Below, piece by piece: positions 42,151-56,050 of a stretch of 64,000 nucleotides of DNA. This DNA comes from Camelus dromedarius (Eukaryota). Both the position numbers and the translations under genes were made by a program. The notes beneath the pieces are model-generated. The model saw only the letters and a program-made list of their open reading frames with translations. It was not told the origin of the DNA and did no database searches. Within the stretch, counting starts at the first letter, position 1. The number at the start of each line of letters is the position of its first letter. The stretch is from contig NC_087437.1 in NCBI RefSeq assembly GCF_036321535.1, forward strand, positions 106,146,001 through 106,210,000. Reading direction: 5' to 3'.

Positions 42151-43897
42151 TGTATCTCCACTTTTGCCTTTCAGCACCCCAGGATGTCTAGGCCCTACCC
42201 TAGGAAGGAAAGACAAGCATGGCCATTTCCGCCATGGGCTCTAACCCCGTATCCTGCTTGTTAAACTGCGTCCACCCCACGGCGCCTTTCCAAACTCTCC
42301 ACCAAAGTTCCCTGCCATTGTGTTCACTGGCTCCAAGCCAGCAGACAGGCACTTGAACTTCTGTCCCTGCAAGGATTCCTAGCACAGCAGGGGATCAACA
42401 GCCCTTCGTCATATCACACTCCCAGGAAAAAAAATATTTTTTTGAGAACTGTTCCCATTCCGAGGAGCACTCACATCACTAAGGCACAAGGCAAGCCCCA
42501 AGAATCAGAGAAACAGGGAGAGGGTTTTCAAGGCTAGTGCATGAGAAAATATGCCCTTTCTTGACTTCTCCAGAGAAACATAAATCTTGCCTGGTGTGGT
42601 GGACAGAATGTTTTCACTTACTGTTATCAGTTGTGAAACTAAGTGTTCATCTGCTGCTGCTCTCCCAGTCAGCTACTTTTCATCAGGGCCAAAAAGAGCA
42701 TTCCAGAAAGACTAAGACCATCCACCTGGGGTGAAGGGGGCAGATCTAAGAACACAGCGAAATTCCTAAATCTCTGGGAGCAAAAAGGCATTAGTCTGTC
42801 TCTCGTCTCTCCATCTCATTATTTCTGTAGCAAAGTAGGTCAAGTTTATTCATGTTCTCCAGCCCCTTCCCAGTGATCTTAAAGATGAAAAATGCAGTTG
42901 AGATGCTGGTAAGAAAAGCTATTTTAGGTATGGAATTTCATCGGCATTAGGAAGTTGATTATGAAAAAAAATTTTTTTTGAAGGTTTATACAGATACATT
43001 AGAGAAAAATGTGTTCAGGATACACAGTAAACACTAAATAAATCATAAGCAGCCTGTTTCTGCTACACGTCCTCCTATTCATCTGCCTTAAGTTGGAGTA
43101 CACACTAAATTCTCTACTTTGAAAGAATGGCTTGAGAACTAGGTCCAAAGGAGAAGGGCTGCAGGAGAGTCGGTATTTTTTTCTGTACTCCAAGACAAAT
43201 TAACGAAAACGCAAAGAGTATTTTCATGTCGTTTTTCTTCGTTGGCACAATGTGGCACAAACATACTCTTTTGGCAAACAGGCAGGTAATAGAATCCACC
43301 ACCAGAAACTCAAAGATTACTGTGGCCAATTTGGTCATATGAATCAGAAACTTCTGACTTTTACCACCAACCACCCTAAGGAAATAATCAGATGGAAGTA
43401 CAAATATATAAGAATGTGCATCTTCATGATATTAAAAACATCTTCATGATGTTATGCTTTCTTTATGATGTTAAAAAAAATTTATGATGCTAAAAAATTG
43501 TTTATGTTAAAAAGAATCAAAACCACCTAAAAGGAAATAAAATATGGATCTGTTAAACAGTTATTATAACCCCACAGCAAATACAGTGGTGCCATCAGGA
43601 CTGACGTGGCAGTAGATTGATTGACTTGGAAAGACGGTTGGTTACAAGAGTGGAGGGGACATGGCAGCACTGTAGAGTAAAGGCTTCAGATGCAGACAGA
43701 CCCGGAATCGTGTCTCGTTCTGTCATTGACCAGCTGGGTGTCCTGGGGCAATTTATTGGACCTCATTCAGACCCTCAGTGCCTTCATATGTAGAATCAAA
43801 GGAGATAATAATGAAAAATGAGCCCTTAGCAATGAGATTGGCATAGAGAGATATTGAAGCTTCAAAGTAAGGCTGACTTACAGAAGACATTGTTAGG

Positions 43898-44236
43898 TGT
43901 TATGGACTGAATGTTTGTGTCTGCTCAAAATTCATATATTGAAACCGCAATCCCAGTGTGATGGTATCTGGAGGTGGAGACTTTGGGAGATAATTAGGTC
44001 AGGAGGGTGGAGCCCTCACGAATGGGATTAGTGGATGTGTAAAAAGAGCGCTCTTTCCACATGTGAGGATATAATGAGAATTTGGCTGTCTGCAACCCGG
44101 ACGAGGGCCCTTTCCAGGACCTGATTGTGCTGGCGCCCTGATCTCAGACTCCTAGCCCCCAGAACAGTGAGAAATAAGCCTCTGTTGTTTCTAGGCCACC
44201 AGTCTCTGGTACTTTGTTACAGCAGCCTGAACTACG
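43898..44236 (+). mobile_element. MaLR solo LTR (MLT1A-like)
   Basis: TGTTATGGACTGAATGTTTGTGTC...GAACAGTGAGAAATAAG...TTTGTTACAGCAGCCTGAACT. Confidence 0.8.
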
Positions 44237-46811
44237 TGGTTAGCTTAAAGAAAAAATTACAGTACAATCTGACTCTTGTCAAAGACTTTTGGACCCATAT
44301 ATCCCACCAGTAGTCAAATATTTATTGAGCATTTAATATCTGAAAAGCGCTTGGTTAGGAAAAGAGACCGTAACAGTGAGATAAAAATTAGACAGAACCT
44401 GTCTTCATGGAGTCCACAGTCTCCCACTGGTGACTGATTGTGACCAACTGAGTTTAAAATCCCCGCTTTGATACCAGAGAGGAAGGGGTAAAGAGAGCTT
44501 GCAATAGGATTTGATCTAGTCAGGAAGGGCAGGGAAGTTTCCTAAGGAAACTGCAGTTTAGCAGAGACAGAAGGGTGAAGAGGCCTTGACCAGCTGAGGT
44601 GGAGGTGACGGTGAGCGGTGCACATCACGGCTCAGCGCACTGAGCCTAGACTAGGGCAGGTGCCGGTCCAAACCCCCTCTGCCCACCAGCACGAGCTGCT
44701 GTGTTTATGGGCCCATCACTCAATCTCTCTGTCCCAAGGACTCCACCTGTAAAATGGATATAATAAAGAGTGTATCATTTACATGACTATGAGGATTAAA
44801 TTAGATAATATGCAACCCAATGGAGAGATGTTATTCCCGCGCCCCCCCCCCCACTCTTTAATTAAGGACATTCATTAAGTGTAGTTGTCCCAGGCAAGGG
44901 GTCCTGGGAGAAAATCAGACATACCTCGGTCAAGTTACAAAGGGCAAATACAAAGCCATGCCCAGCCAGCGCTGAGGATCTATACTGTTTGGGGGACGGC
45001 ACAGGAAAGACATAACCAGTTTTCATTCCAGGCTTGGCTCTTTTCTAATCTTGCTGTATGATCGTGACTAAATTTATGTCACTACTTTGGGTCTCATCAT
45101 CCTTAACTGTGACATGAGGGACGGGGGATGGAGTTGGGCATTATCTTTCTCCCCAAGTTTTAGTTGTTAGGACTCCATCCTCACAGACTAAGTGATACCT
45201 GTCCATTTTTTTGTTTGCTCCTGGCAAATGTTTGTTAAATGCTCTCTCCTCCCCCAAGAAAGTGCCATTTAAAAAGTCATTTTATATCATTTTCCTATTG
45301 CCTAATTCCCTATGAAATGACTAATTGTCATTCAATAAGGAAACCAACCATTTAGTTGATAATAAATGTTTTTAAAAAGAGGAAAGACAGCATTCAGAAC
45401 TAATTGACTGATCTCTGACGAACTTCGCTTAACTGGCAGATAGATGCAGCTTAGTCGTTTAGGAGCAGAGAATGTGAAAGAATGTTCCTGCTGGCAGTGA
45501 TCAGAATCAGGTGAGGCTAGCACATTGCTATTGTTCTTCTTATTGGAAGAAAGTTTTGAGCACTGTATTGTTACAGTACACTTGAAGAAAGATGTCACCT
45601 TGGGAGAGGCATGCAGTCTACACACTGGAGATCCTGTGGGCTTCTCTGAATAGGTTTATCTGGCTGGAAAGGGCTGTGGTTTGAGCACATCCCATGAGTG
45701 TGCCCGTGGGCATATCATAATGAAATACTGAAATGAGTCTTATTCTAGGAAATGATCTACGGAGATAATAATGAGGGATAAGTAATAAGGGTCCCATTCC
45801 AAACCTTAAATTCTATCCGTAGGAGCTTGAAATTTATATGAGAGGCACTTGGAAATGTACGCAGTTCTTGAAATGGAAGACTTTTTCCCCCTCTTTTCTC
45901 TAAATTGCAGAATGCGAGGCACACTTTCCCACATCTTCTCCACACCCCTGAGGAAAAATAAGCCACTCAACACAGAAATACCAAATCTGAGATGTTGTGA
46001 GAAGTCACTCAATTTAAACCCAGCCCTTCGCTGCATTGCTTGTTTTAGGAAATGTGCCTCGACACCTCTTCAACAGTACTTTGGATTCAGAGTTAGAGGG
46101 GGTGGAAAGAAGGAAAAATGGTAAGATGTCCTAAAACACCAAATCCCCTTGGATGTTTACCTGACCAAATGCTTACAGTGTCAGAGTGAAAGTGATTATG
46201 ACACATGGGGGGTGGTGGGGGAGAGGTGATCACGGAGAACAGAACAGAGCTGGGAGGGACCCCCATGCTAACCCCTCCCCTTCCTCCCCGTAAGCTGCCC
46301 CAGGTGCCCTGGGGTAGGGATTCTCACAGGCAGGACAATAACAGAAACAATGCCCAACCACCCCCTGATGGAGCATTATTAACTACTGCCACCCCTCTCA
46401 TCGTTCTACGCCCGTTGTTTGCAATCATTTCAGTACTTGTTTTTATCTTATGCACTAGCTTTATACTTTATTAAGTAAAAAACACAAGTCTCTAATTTTA
46501 TTCTACAAGTTTTTTGGAGGCTTGCTTTCTCTATTGTCCAAGTGGTCAGTGCCTTCATGATTACTAAATGCAGGAGACAATTCTCAGTCATCATTTTAGC
46601 ACTCAAGAAGGTAAAAACCTCCACCCTTGGCTCCTGATTCTCTCCAGTTTCCTCTCATACATTTTTTTATTGCTCTTTTATTTCATTTATTTATTTGCTT
46701 GTTTTAATTTTGTTCTTAGACTTTATTTTTTAGGTTCACAACAAAATTAAGCAGAAAATACAGAGATTTTTCCATATACTCCCTGCCCCCAACACATCAT
46801 AATCTCCCCCA

Positions 46812-47295
46812 TGTGGATTGAAAAATTTCACATCCTAGGAGTTGAGAGTTATGTTTTATTCGTTGGACTTTCTGAGGACTCAAATCCGGGGTGCTGCCTC
46901 TCAGATAGCTCTAAGAGACTGCTTCAGAGAGGCAAGGGAGAAGCCAGGATATATAGGATTTTTGCCACAAATACCAGGTAGTCAGAACATCAAAAGATTA
47001 CTGTTAAAGAAAACCAGATATCTCAAGTTAAGAAATTTAGCACTTTTCTATGTATGACAAGATGCAAAAGTCTGGGCTCACTGAAATCATCCCTTTGATA
47101 TTCATCTAGTTGTCTAAGGCCAGTATTCTGTTCTTTCACAGCCTGAGTTCCCTCTGGGTGCAGGGCCAGGCTGCCTGCTTATTTCCATCCTAAGTTCCCT
47201 CCACTCACTGTCAGAGGCTGAGGCAGTGGCTGATGACTCCATAGACATAGCATTCCTTTGTTTACTGATATGGCAGGCAACATTTTTTATCCACA
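46812..47295 (-). mobile_element. ERV solo LTR
   Basis: TGTGGAT...ATCCACA inverted termini, CCCA/TCCA flanks, minus-strand AATAAA near 46855. Confidence 0.75.
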
Positions 47296-47431
47296 TCCAT
47301 TATCAACATCTTCCACCAGAGTGATACATTTGTTACAGTCAATGAATATACACTGACACATCATAATGACCCAGAGTCCATAGTTTACATTAGGGTTCAC
47401 TCTTGGTATTGTATATTCTATGGGTTTGGAC

Positions 47432-48015
47432 TGTAGACAAAGAACTGTTGCCTGCCATTTCAGTAAGCAAAATCATTGCCTGACATCAAGTCATCTGCCA
47501 TTGCAGCCACCCTCACCTGTGTGTCCCGAGGGGAATTCAGGATGGAGAAAAGCAGGATATTGGCCCTAGATAGTTAAGATGCATATCAAAGGAATAATTT
47601 CAATGAGCCCAGACTCTTGTATCTTCCCATACATAGAAAAGCACTAAAATCATTAAGTTGAGATGTCAGTTTTTGTAATAAGCAGTAATCTTTCAACTGC
47701 CGGTTATTTCTCCAGCAAAGATGGGTTTATTTGGGATCAGCAGGAAATTGCAATTTGGGGTCTGCAAACACGATGAGCCACATGCAAGTCCCTGCACTGC
47801 AAGGAAAAGAGAACACTTTAATAGAGTGGGAAAAGATAGTTGGGAGGGCTATAATAAACAAAGAGCCCACAGCTTCCCAATAGCTGAGTCCTTCCAAGAA
47901 AGAAGAGGCTCTCTTTCTTCTTCCTGCTGGGCTCTGCTATTGTTGCAGGGTGTGAGAATTTCTTATTCTGGTCTCCCAACTGTATTTAATTGAGATTTCT
48001 GTTCATTATTTTTAT
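47432..48015. mobile_element. ERV LTR fragments (composite)
   Basis: Start TGTAGACAAAGAACTGTTGCCTGCCATTTCAGTAAGCAAA is homologous to the minus-strand start of the 46812-47295 LTR; from about 47700 a minus-strand LTR-like piece with AATAAA. Confidence 0.6.
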
Positions 48016-48348
48016 ATATTTGCTATCTGTATATATTCTTTGGTGAGGTGTCCATCAAAGTCTTTGACCAATTTTTAAAGCCAGTTTCCTTATTGTTGAG
48101 TTTTAAGAGTTCTTTGTATATTTTGGGTAACAGTGCTTTACCTGATATGCTTTTTGCAAATATTTTTCTCCCAGTCTGTGGCTTCTAATTCTCTTGAAAT
48201 TTCTTCCAAAGAGCAGAAGTTGTTTTTTTTTTTTTAATTTTAATGAAATCCAGTTTATCAATCCTTTCTTTCATGGATCACACTTTTGGTATTATATCTA
48301 AAAGGTCATCAACAAACCCAAGATCCTCTAGATTTTGTCCCATGTTAC

Positions 48349-48883
48349 TGGAGGGGAGCAGAATTTGTCACCCCAAAATATGCCTCTTTGGGATAAGAAT
48401 TATTTTAGACTGATTACTTTTAAGAAACAACAGACATAGGTAAAGCTCTGAAAATGAATAGACATGACCCTTTTGTAGGAGACATTTGTATTTAAAGAGA
48501 AATCTCCATTTGTGTGGTTATCTCCCTCTCTGTACTTGGAAAAAGATGACACTAAATCTCTGGAAACACTTATCAATGGTGAAGGCATGAATTAAATCTG
48601 CATAGCAACCTCACCCTTGTTTACTGTGCTTTTCCCATAACTGGCCTGAGGGGCAGAGGGAGACTCCAACATCTTTGTCTTCAGCTGGAGATGGTATTTA
48701 AGGTGGTGGCTTGGGCTATTTTGGAGAGTTATTCAGTGTCCTTGGATATCTCCCATGTATACAGGAGGTACACGTGTTGTTAAACATGCTTATTTTTTCT
48801 CATTAATCTGTCTTTTGATTATAGGGGGGATCTCAGCCAACAGCCTAGAATGGTAGAGGAAAAATTATTTTTCCTTCCCCACA
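48349..48883 (+). mobile_element. ERV1 solo LTR (MER34-like)
   Basis: TGGAGGGGA...TTCCCCACA termini, TTAC/TTAT flanks, CCCCAAAATATGCCTCTTTGG start motif. Confidence 0.7.
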
Positions 48884-49199
48884 TTATCTTCTAGGAGGCT
48901 TGTAGTTTCACATTTTACATTTAGGTCTGTGATCTATTTTGAGTAAATTTTTGTGAGGAGTATAAGGTCTGTGTCTAGATTCACTCATTATTTTTTTTTT
49001 TAACACAGATCTTCTTCCTACCTCTTATAGGCTTTATTTCCTTAGATTTATCTCTAGAGGAACATTCATCTTTTTTTTTTTTTTTCTGATTGATCTCATT
49101 CATTCACTCTCTTATCTTCTCCAGTCTTCTAGAAAGGTTCTCATACACCAGTCTACTGAACAGTTGTATCAGAATCAACCAGGGTTCTTATCAGTCATA

Positions 49200-49799
49200 C
49201 AGTCAGCCCTCTGGGTCCACAGATTCTGCATCCTCAGATTCAACCAACCACAGAACAAAATATTCAAAAAATTCCAGAAAGTTCCAAAAAAGCAAAATTT
49301 GAATTTGTTGTATGCTGGCAACTCTTTACATAGCATTTACATGGTATTAGCTATTATAAGTAATCTAGAGGTGATTTAAAGTATATGGGAGATTTGCAGA
49401 TACTAACTACTATATATAAAATAAACAACAAGTTTATACTGTATAGCACAGGGAACTGTATTCAATATCTTGTAATAACCTTAATGAAAAAGAATATAAA
49501 AATGAATATATGTATTCATATATGAATGTATGAATGTGTATGAATATATATGAATATATGAATGTATGTATATATATGACTGAACTATTATGCTATACAC
49601 CAGAAATTGACACAACATTATAAACTGACTATATTTTGATAAAAATAATAATAAAAATAAATAAAGTATATGGGAGGATGTGCATAGCCTACATACAAAT
49701 ACTAAGGGCATTTTAAATAAGGGTCTTGAGCATCCTCAGATTTTGGTATCCCTCGGGAGTCCTGAAACCAATCCCCCTCAGACACTAAGGAAGAGACTG
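49200..49799 (-). mobile_element. MER2/Tigger-like DNA transposon split by an L1 3' insertion (49392-49661)
   Basis: CAGTC...GACTG termini and GATTCAACCAACC / GATACCAAAATC motifs; L1 insert flanked by TSD TAAAGTATATGGGAG (49377-49391, 49662-49676). Confidence 0.8.
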
Positions 49800-50379
49800 T
49801 GCAGCTTCCCAGGTGCCCCTGAGATAGAAACTTCTGGAACTCAGAATTTTTAACATAATTTTAAGCAGAGAACCACATTTAAGGATTTCTAGGGGATTCT
49901 GAGATGCATTCTTAGCAATCACTGTTTTAGGAGATACTGATAATATTTACATGTATTTCTTTAGTCAATTGCAAGGGTTCCTGATCTCTAGCCCAAACTT
50001 TCTAATAGTTTGCCGGTCACCTCATCTAGACAGCCCTTCATCCACTCATCCCAAACCTGCTGGAACCATGTATGCTCCCTATGATTCTTCTCCAGGTAGT
50101 GATGCTATTTATAACCAGCACAAATGGCCACTCAGGCTAGAAATCTCAGTTACTACTTCTCCTCTTTCTCCCCCTATATCTAATTGATGACAGAGTCCTG
50201 CTGGCCAGGTTTGTGAAACATCATTTGATCTACCTGTGTTTTCATCCACCCCACTGTGACCATGTACTTCATGCTTCGTCTTGTTCTTGCAACACTGCAA
50301 TCGTTTTCAGACTTGTCTAACATTCTGATTCCCTTATCTCTAATCCATGCTCTCCATTTCCATACAAATCATCATTCTA

Positions 50380-50590
50380 CAGCACCAATGTCTTACAGAA
50401 CTTTCTACAGTGATGGAAATGCTCTATATCTGCATTGTCCAGGAGGGTAGCCACTATCCTATCCCTATGTGGCTATTGGGAACTTCAAATGTGGCAGGGT
50501 GACTGAAGAACTGAATTTTAAACTTAATTGAATTCAAATTTATATAGCCACATGGATCTAGAGGTTACCATATTTGATGGCACAGTTCTA
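50380..50590. mobile_element. MER3-like hAT fossil
   Basis: AGAACTTTCTACAGTGATGGAAATGCTCTATATCTGC...TAGCCACATGG. Confidence 0.65.
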
Positions 50591-52179
50591 AAATATGGAT
50601 TTTTTTTTTTATACCTACCCTAGTGCTTGCAAAAAGCTCTTTACCTACAGGATAAGGTCTAGCGTCATCATACTGTAACGCTGAATGACCTTCATAATCC
50701 AACCATCTTTTCAGTTTCTGCTACACCCCCTGCCCCAATTCCACATGGACTCTAGCACTGTAGAAACCTGCTTTTCTTAAACACGCTGTAATTTTGAGAT
50801 CTCTCAGCTTTTGATCCTGCTATTTGCCCTACCTAGAATGCCCTTCCTTTACTTCCTTCCTGTCAAATTTTGCCTCAACTTTTCATGCCTAATAAAGTGT
50901 ATATGGGAAGACGTGTCTAGGTTATACGTCCTGCAGGCATCCCCAATATAGGCGCATCCCCTTATCCTCGACCTTGAACAAGCTATTTAACATTTCTCAG
51001 CCTGGTTTTCTCATCTGTAAAGTGGGAATGAAAACATTTGCTCCCTTACAGAGTTGTTGGGGGATTAGATATTGCACTATTCAGACTCCACCACTGAGAG
51101 AGCACTCAATAAAAACTGTTTTTATTTTCTGTCCTCCCGTAGCACTTAACACATAGTATTAGAGGTCTTTCCAGATGAGACTGTCTCTCTTTCCTCAAGA
51201 CTGTGAACTCATTAGCAGCAAAAACTCAGTCTTGTTCATCATTGTCCGCCAGCATCCTCTACATCGTAACTCTTTGACAAATGCTTTCACTGGGTGACAG
51301 ATAACTGAGTGAATCAATTATTCACATAAGACGTCACAGAATAAAAAAAAAAAGTATTCCTTTTTCATGTGGATCTTTAGGGAGGAACAACAGAGACAGA
51401 TCGCTGTGGCAAGACTGAGAAAAGAGGATGCCAAAACTTGTAAAGCATTAAATCTTTTTTGTTTCTGCCCAGAAAAAACTAGCATAAGCCTGTTGTTAAA
51501 TCTGTGTCCCTTCTCCTTGCTTGATGAGAGTATAGCTCTAACATTTTTGCTGTTTGACTTTCCTTTCTAGGTCCTCTGCCCCTCTCCGGCCATGGGTACT
51601 AAGCTTCCATCACTGTCACCAAGGAAACAGCAGGGATGCCTCATTCCTCACAGCTCTGAGTATCTGAACTCTGGCTGCCTTTGTCCACAGAGCTAGCTAA
51701 ATTCTTTGTGTGCACACGACTAAATCAACTGTCTTCTATACAGAACTTTATCCATTATTATATGTTTAAAAAAAAAAACATATATAACAATTTCGTCTCT
51801 TGGGAATGGCCTTTTTCCAGACCTGTCAATACTGTTGAACGCACCAGACATTTTTGGTCCCTAGGAGAAAATCTAAAAATCGCCTGTTTAGCCCCTTGGA
51901 CTGTGTGCAATATAAGTGCGGGTCAATTTTAAAGAGCGCAACAGAGCATTCATAATGGTTTCCCTTTTAAAAGCACTGTAGACCAAAAATAAACCTGACA
52001 AAGGGCAGCTGTAGAGTTTTAACATGTGGAAAACTCCACAGGCGGCAGTTATGTAACTGGAAGGAAACATGATAAATATTTCACACCATTAGATGAACTT
52101 CCAACTCTGACACGTGAAAAGCAAAGAACACAAAACACACCTTAACTCTCCAAGAAGCAGAAAGCTTAGATTGAGAAGG

Positions 52180-53720
52180 GGCCAAGGCGGCTGCTAAAAT
52201 CTGAGACCTGCCTTCCAGTGCGAATGTTGATTGCTGTTTTTTTCCCCTTCGCCTCCAAGCCGGAGCCGGCGAACCCCATCTCCCTGGAAGGCCTCCCCCG
52301 CAGCGTCGCCTGTGGGCTAGAAATTTTCCAAAATTCTCCACTCCTAGGCTAACCCCCCCCCCCAAAGAAGTTTTGTGCCAAGGAGGGGGAGAGAGGAGTT
52401 GGCGCAGGGCAGGCGGCGTTCGCCCTCCACCACGCCCCACCCCACCCCCACCCCGGGGGCCAGCGCCTCCAGCGCCCGGGCTCCTCGCCCCGGGGACAGC
52501 TGGCAGCCCCGCGCCGGACCAGACACAAAGCCGATCAATCCCGGCGGCGCGGGGGCGGGGGACGCCCCGCCAGGGCTTCCCTTCCGCTCGTCGCCTCCTC
52601 CTGCCCGCTCATTAGGACCAAGCCGACAGCTCGTCCGGCTTCCACTGCCCGCCCCCTCTCATCGCCCCCCAACCCCCCCCCCAAAAAAAAGAACTGCCCA
52701 GACCCCCAGGCCGCTGGCTAGGCCAGACCCGCCGCTAGACAACCGCCTGCAAGGCGCCCCTGGAACGGGGGAACTGACATCCCGTCCGAGTCCGCGCCTC
52801 CCCTCCCCTGCGCGCGTCTCTCCTCTCCCGCGCTACAAGTTCAGGGCCCCCCCCCCCCCGCCCCCGCCGGCCTCCCGCGCTCCCGCCGCCGGGACCCTCG
52901 GCTTCGGCGGAGCCGCCAGCCCAGACTCCGCGAAGATGGCGAGGAGGAGCCGCCACCGCCTCCTCCTCCTGCTGCTGCGCTACCTGGTGGTCGTCCTGGA
53001 CTGTAAGTTGCAGGGGTACCTTCACCCTCCCACCCGCTCCTGCTGAGACCAGCTCCTCCAAACCTCCAGCCCCTGGACGCCGCGCTGGCGGAGGGCTGTC
53101 TCCACAGCCTGCGCGGGGGCGGAGGGGCTGCCGCGGGGCGTCTGCCTTGACACCCAGCGAGCCGCGGACCAGGGGTGCCGGCGGGGCGGGGGGCCGGAGG
53201 TCTCCGGTTTATTGTAAATAGCATCTGATTTTGTCAGGTCTAGCTAGAGAAAATTAAGGGTCACGCCAGGAGGTTCTCATTTTCTTGAAAAGTTGGGTTA
53301 AGTTTTCAAAGACACAGGGACGTGAACAGAATGCAAAACTCACTAACTCCTTAGAAGATGCTAAGATCCCAAGATGGCATCACTCGGAGGCAGGCGCCGA
53401 CCACGCTCTAAGTACCGGAGGAGGGGGCAGTGTCGGAGTTTTCTCAGCTTCTGCGGGTCCCAATTGTGGGGGTGATATGCCGTGCACTTTGGGGGAGTGT
53501 GTGTGTCGGGGGGTGTGGGAGGGAATTCGTGGCTGCGGACCCAGAATTACTTTTATCGTCTCCACCTGCACATCTACATTCAGTTCGAGCGGTCTGGTCT
53601 GGGCACTCCAGCCAGCTGCTGTGTCCTCAGCGGACGGCCAACGGGGTGATGCTAGAAAGACACAGAAGCTGAATGATCGAGCAGCGGGGGGACGTCCCAA
53701 AGCCAATTTCACGGGATGGT
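52180..53720. promoter_or_regulatory. CpG island / JAM2 promoter and first exon
   Basis: Very GC/CpG-rich, with GC boxes (GGGGCGGGG) surrounding the JAM2 start codon. Confidence 0.9.
52936..53002 (+). CDS. JAM2: JAM2 (junctional adhesion molecule B) exon 1, signal peptide; gene continues beyond the window
   Basis: AAGATGG Kozak context; MARRSRHRLLLLLLRYLVVVLD + 1 nt, donor GTAAGT; matches the JAM2 N-terminus and the synteny with MRPL39. Confidence 0.96.
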
Positions 53721-54649
53721 TCTAAACAGGATTTTCACAGATTCTGGGCTCATAAGACTTAAAATCGTGGGAACGTTTCCTATTATTTTCTTTTCCTTGC
53801 GTTAACTTTTTAGGAAGTTACAGTGGAGGAAATTACACTAGATCTTAAGCACTTAAGCAACGAACCCTTTTTCTTTCGTTTTTACCTTGTTTCGTCTTTC
53901 TTTTTTCTTTAGTTTTCTTTACTTTTAATGGAATGGGTTATTATTGTTACTATTCAAGGTCTGGTAATATAATACTTAAAATAACCTGCCAGATAAGTGT
54001 CTAATACATAGCACAATGACTTTTTCTAGCGCTCTCATTGCCGAAGTGAGTGTTGCTCAGCTCAACGTGGTGTGAGCTCTGTCCCTTAGTGGCGGGAGAA
54101 GGTGCAAGCTGTCTCATTTGAAAGGGCTTGTGCTGACCTATATTATAGAAAGTCAAACCAGTAAGGCAAGGCTTCACAATAAAACCATGATGCAATTTTG
54201 AAATATCAATTGGTATCATGTTGAACGCTCAGAGAAAAAAAAAATCACTGATGCTGAAAGGCAACAAAGAGGTAGGCTGGCGAAATTGTAACAGAACTAC
54301 TGAGAAAGTTATGTATTTCGTTGACAATCCTACATTTCAAATAAAAAGGGCTGACTGTAGTGTAGAATTGTCACTGATTAAAAGCAGAGAAAATGGTTTT
54401 ACTCTGGTATGTCTATTCAGTAATCAAAATAGAAACAATACACCCTAAATTTGAAATTGTAGCCAAGAAACAACCCAGAGGCAAGCACGGGCTTAAATAA
54501 ATAGGCAGAATAAACTCTTTCAAGCCTTGGGTAAAGCTAGCACATTGGCCCTTCTAACCCTGCCTCCTACATAGAGGATTAATTTAGAAGTGTTCAGGGA
54601 TCTTTCCGTATTGTTCCTGGGATGCTGAAAGATCTGCTATTGCAAGAAT

Positions 54650-55770
54650 TTTTTTTTTTTATTGTTAATAAACTTAAAAATTTTGTAACACTTTCAGATT
54701 TAAAGAAAAATTTCAAAGATAGTGGAGAGTTCCCATGTACACCACACCCACTTTCCTCTAATATCATTTTGCTAATTAGTATAATACATTTGTCACAATT
54801 AAACAACCAGTACTGATACATTATTATTAACTGAAATTCACATCTTGTTCAGATTTCCTTCATTCTTCCCTAATGTTCTTTTTCTGTTCCTGGATTCCAT
54901 CCAGGACTCTCCATTACATTTATCCATCGTGTATGCTTAGATGCATCTTAGCCTGTGACAGTTTCTCAGACTTCCCTTGTTTTTTATTAACTTAATGGGT
55001 TTGGGAATATTGGTGGAAATGTTTTGTGGACTCTCCCTCAATTGGTATTTCTCTGATGTTTTTCTCATGTTTTGACTGGGTTTATGGGTTTTTTGGAGGA
55101 AGATCACCAAGGCAAAGTATCATTTTCGTCACATCTTATCAAAGGTACATACTATGATTGTGACTTATCACTGTTGATGTTAATCTTTAGTATCTGGTTG
55201 AGGTGATGTATGCTAGGTATCTCCATGGGTTACCTTCCCCCCTCCCACCCACTCCCCACACACTGTATTTTTGGGGAAGGAAGTCACTATGTACAACACA
55301 CTTAAGGAAGAGGAGTTATGCTCCATCTCCTTGAGAGTGGAATATCTCCATAAATTATTTGGAATTCTTCTACTTGAGAGATATGTCTCTCCCCCCTCCT
55401 CCATTCATTCATTATTCCATTCATTTTTTATATCAGTGTAAGGTCATCAACATTTATTTTATACTTTGGATTATAGTCCAATACTATTTTGTTTTAGATT
55501 GTCGAGCTTTGGCATTGGGAGTTCTTTCAATTGGTTCCTATGCCCCTTTGACATTTCCCCATCATTGTGTATATATGTGTTTTGGATTTTGCTTGTTTGT
55601 TTTTAATACTTCCTTACCTTCTGATACCACAAACTGCTCCAGGCCGATCTTGTATATTTTCTACTCCAGTCCTAGAATCAGCTATGGCTCCAAGGAGCCC
55701 TGGTTCCTTTAATTGGAGAATGGTATTAGGAACCAAAAGCTCGGCACAAGTACATTCCTTGCTATTATGG
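54650..55770 (-). mobile_element. L1MC-like 3' fragment in JAM2 intron 1
   Basis: GATAGTGGAGAGTTCCCATGTACACC...TGATACATTATTATTAACTGAA...GGAGCCCTGGTTCCTTTAATTGGAGAATGG. Confidence 0.7.
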
Positions 55771-55953
55771 TGTTGTTGAAAAAACAAGAATGTTCATCAA
55801 GACTAAATTTCACCCCACAGGTCTATTTGTGATTGATCCACTCATGTTTCATGTCCAGATTAGAAACTTTATTGAAGGCTTATGTATATATCAGACACTA
55901 TTCCTAGGACTTTCTTTTTAAGTCCTCAACAAATGCATGAGATAGAACATGTC

Positions 55954-56050
55954 TTTTTTTTTTTTTTTTTCGTAGAGGTCCTGGGGATTGAACCCATGAC
56001 CTTGTGCATGCTAAGTATGCACTCTATCACTGAGCTATTTCCCTCCCCCC
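55954..56050 (-). mobile_element. tRNA-derived SINE
   Basis: Poly-T followed by GGGGATTGAACCC...CACTGAGCTAT. Confidence 0.85.

Larger units (their letters stand above)
46690..48990 (-). mobile_element. Old L1 3' region interrupted by several LTRs
   Basis: L1 3'-end motifs on both sides of each LTR (TTTTAGGTTCACAACAAAATT...; CCAGAGTCCATAGTTTACATTAGGGTTCACTC; TTTACATTTAGGTCTGTGATC). Confidence 0.7.

Noticed and set aside
52375..52935. Long open frame upstream of and in frame with the JAM2 ATG (223-aa ORF)
   Set aside because: Starts at GTG; Pro/Arg/Ala-rich product expected from a stop-poor CpG island; an extension would displace the signal peptide from the N-terminus.
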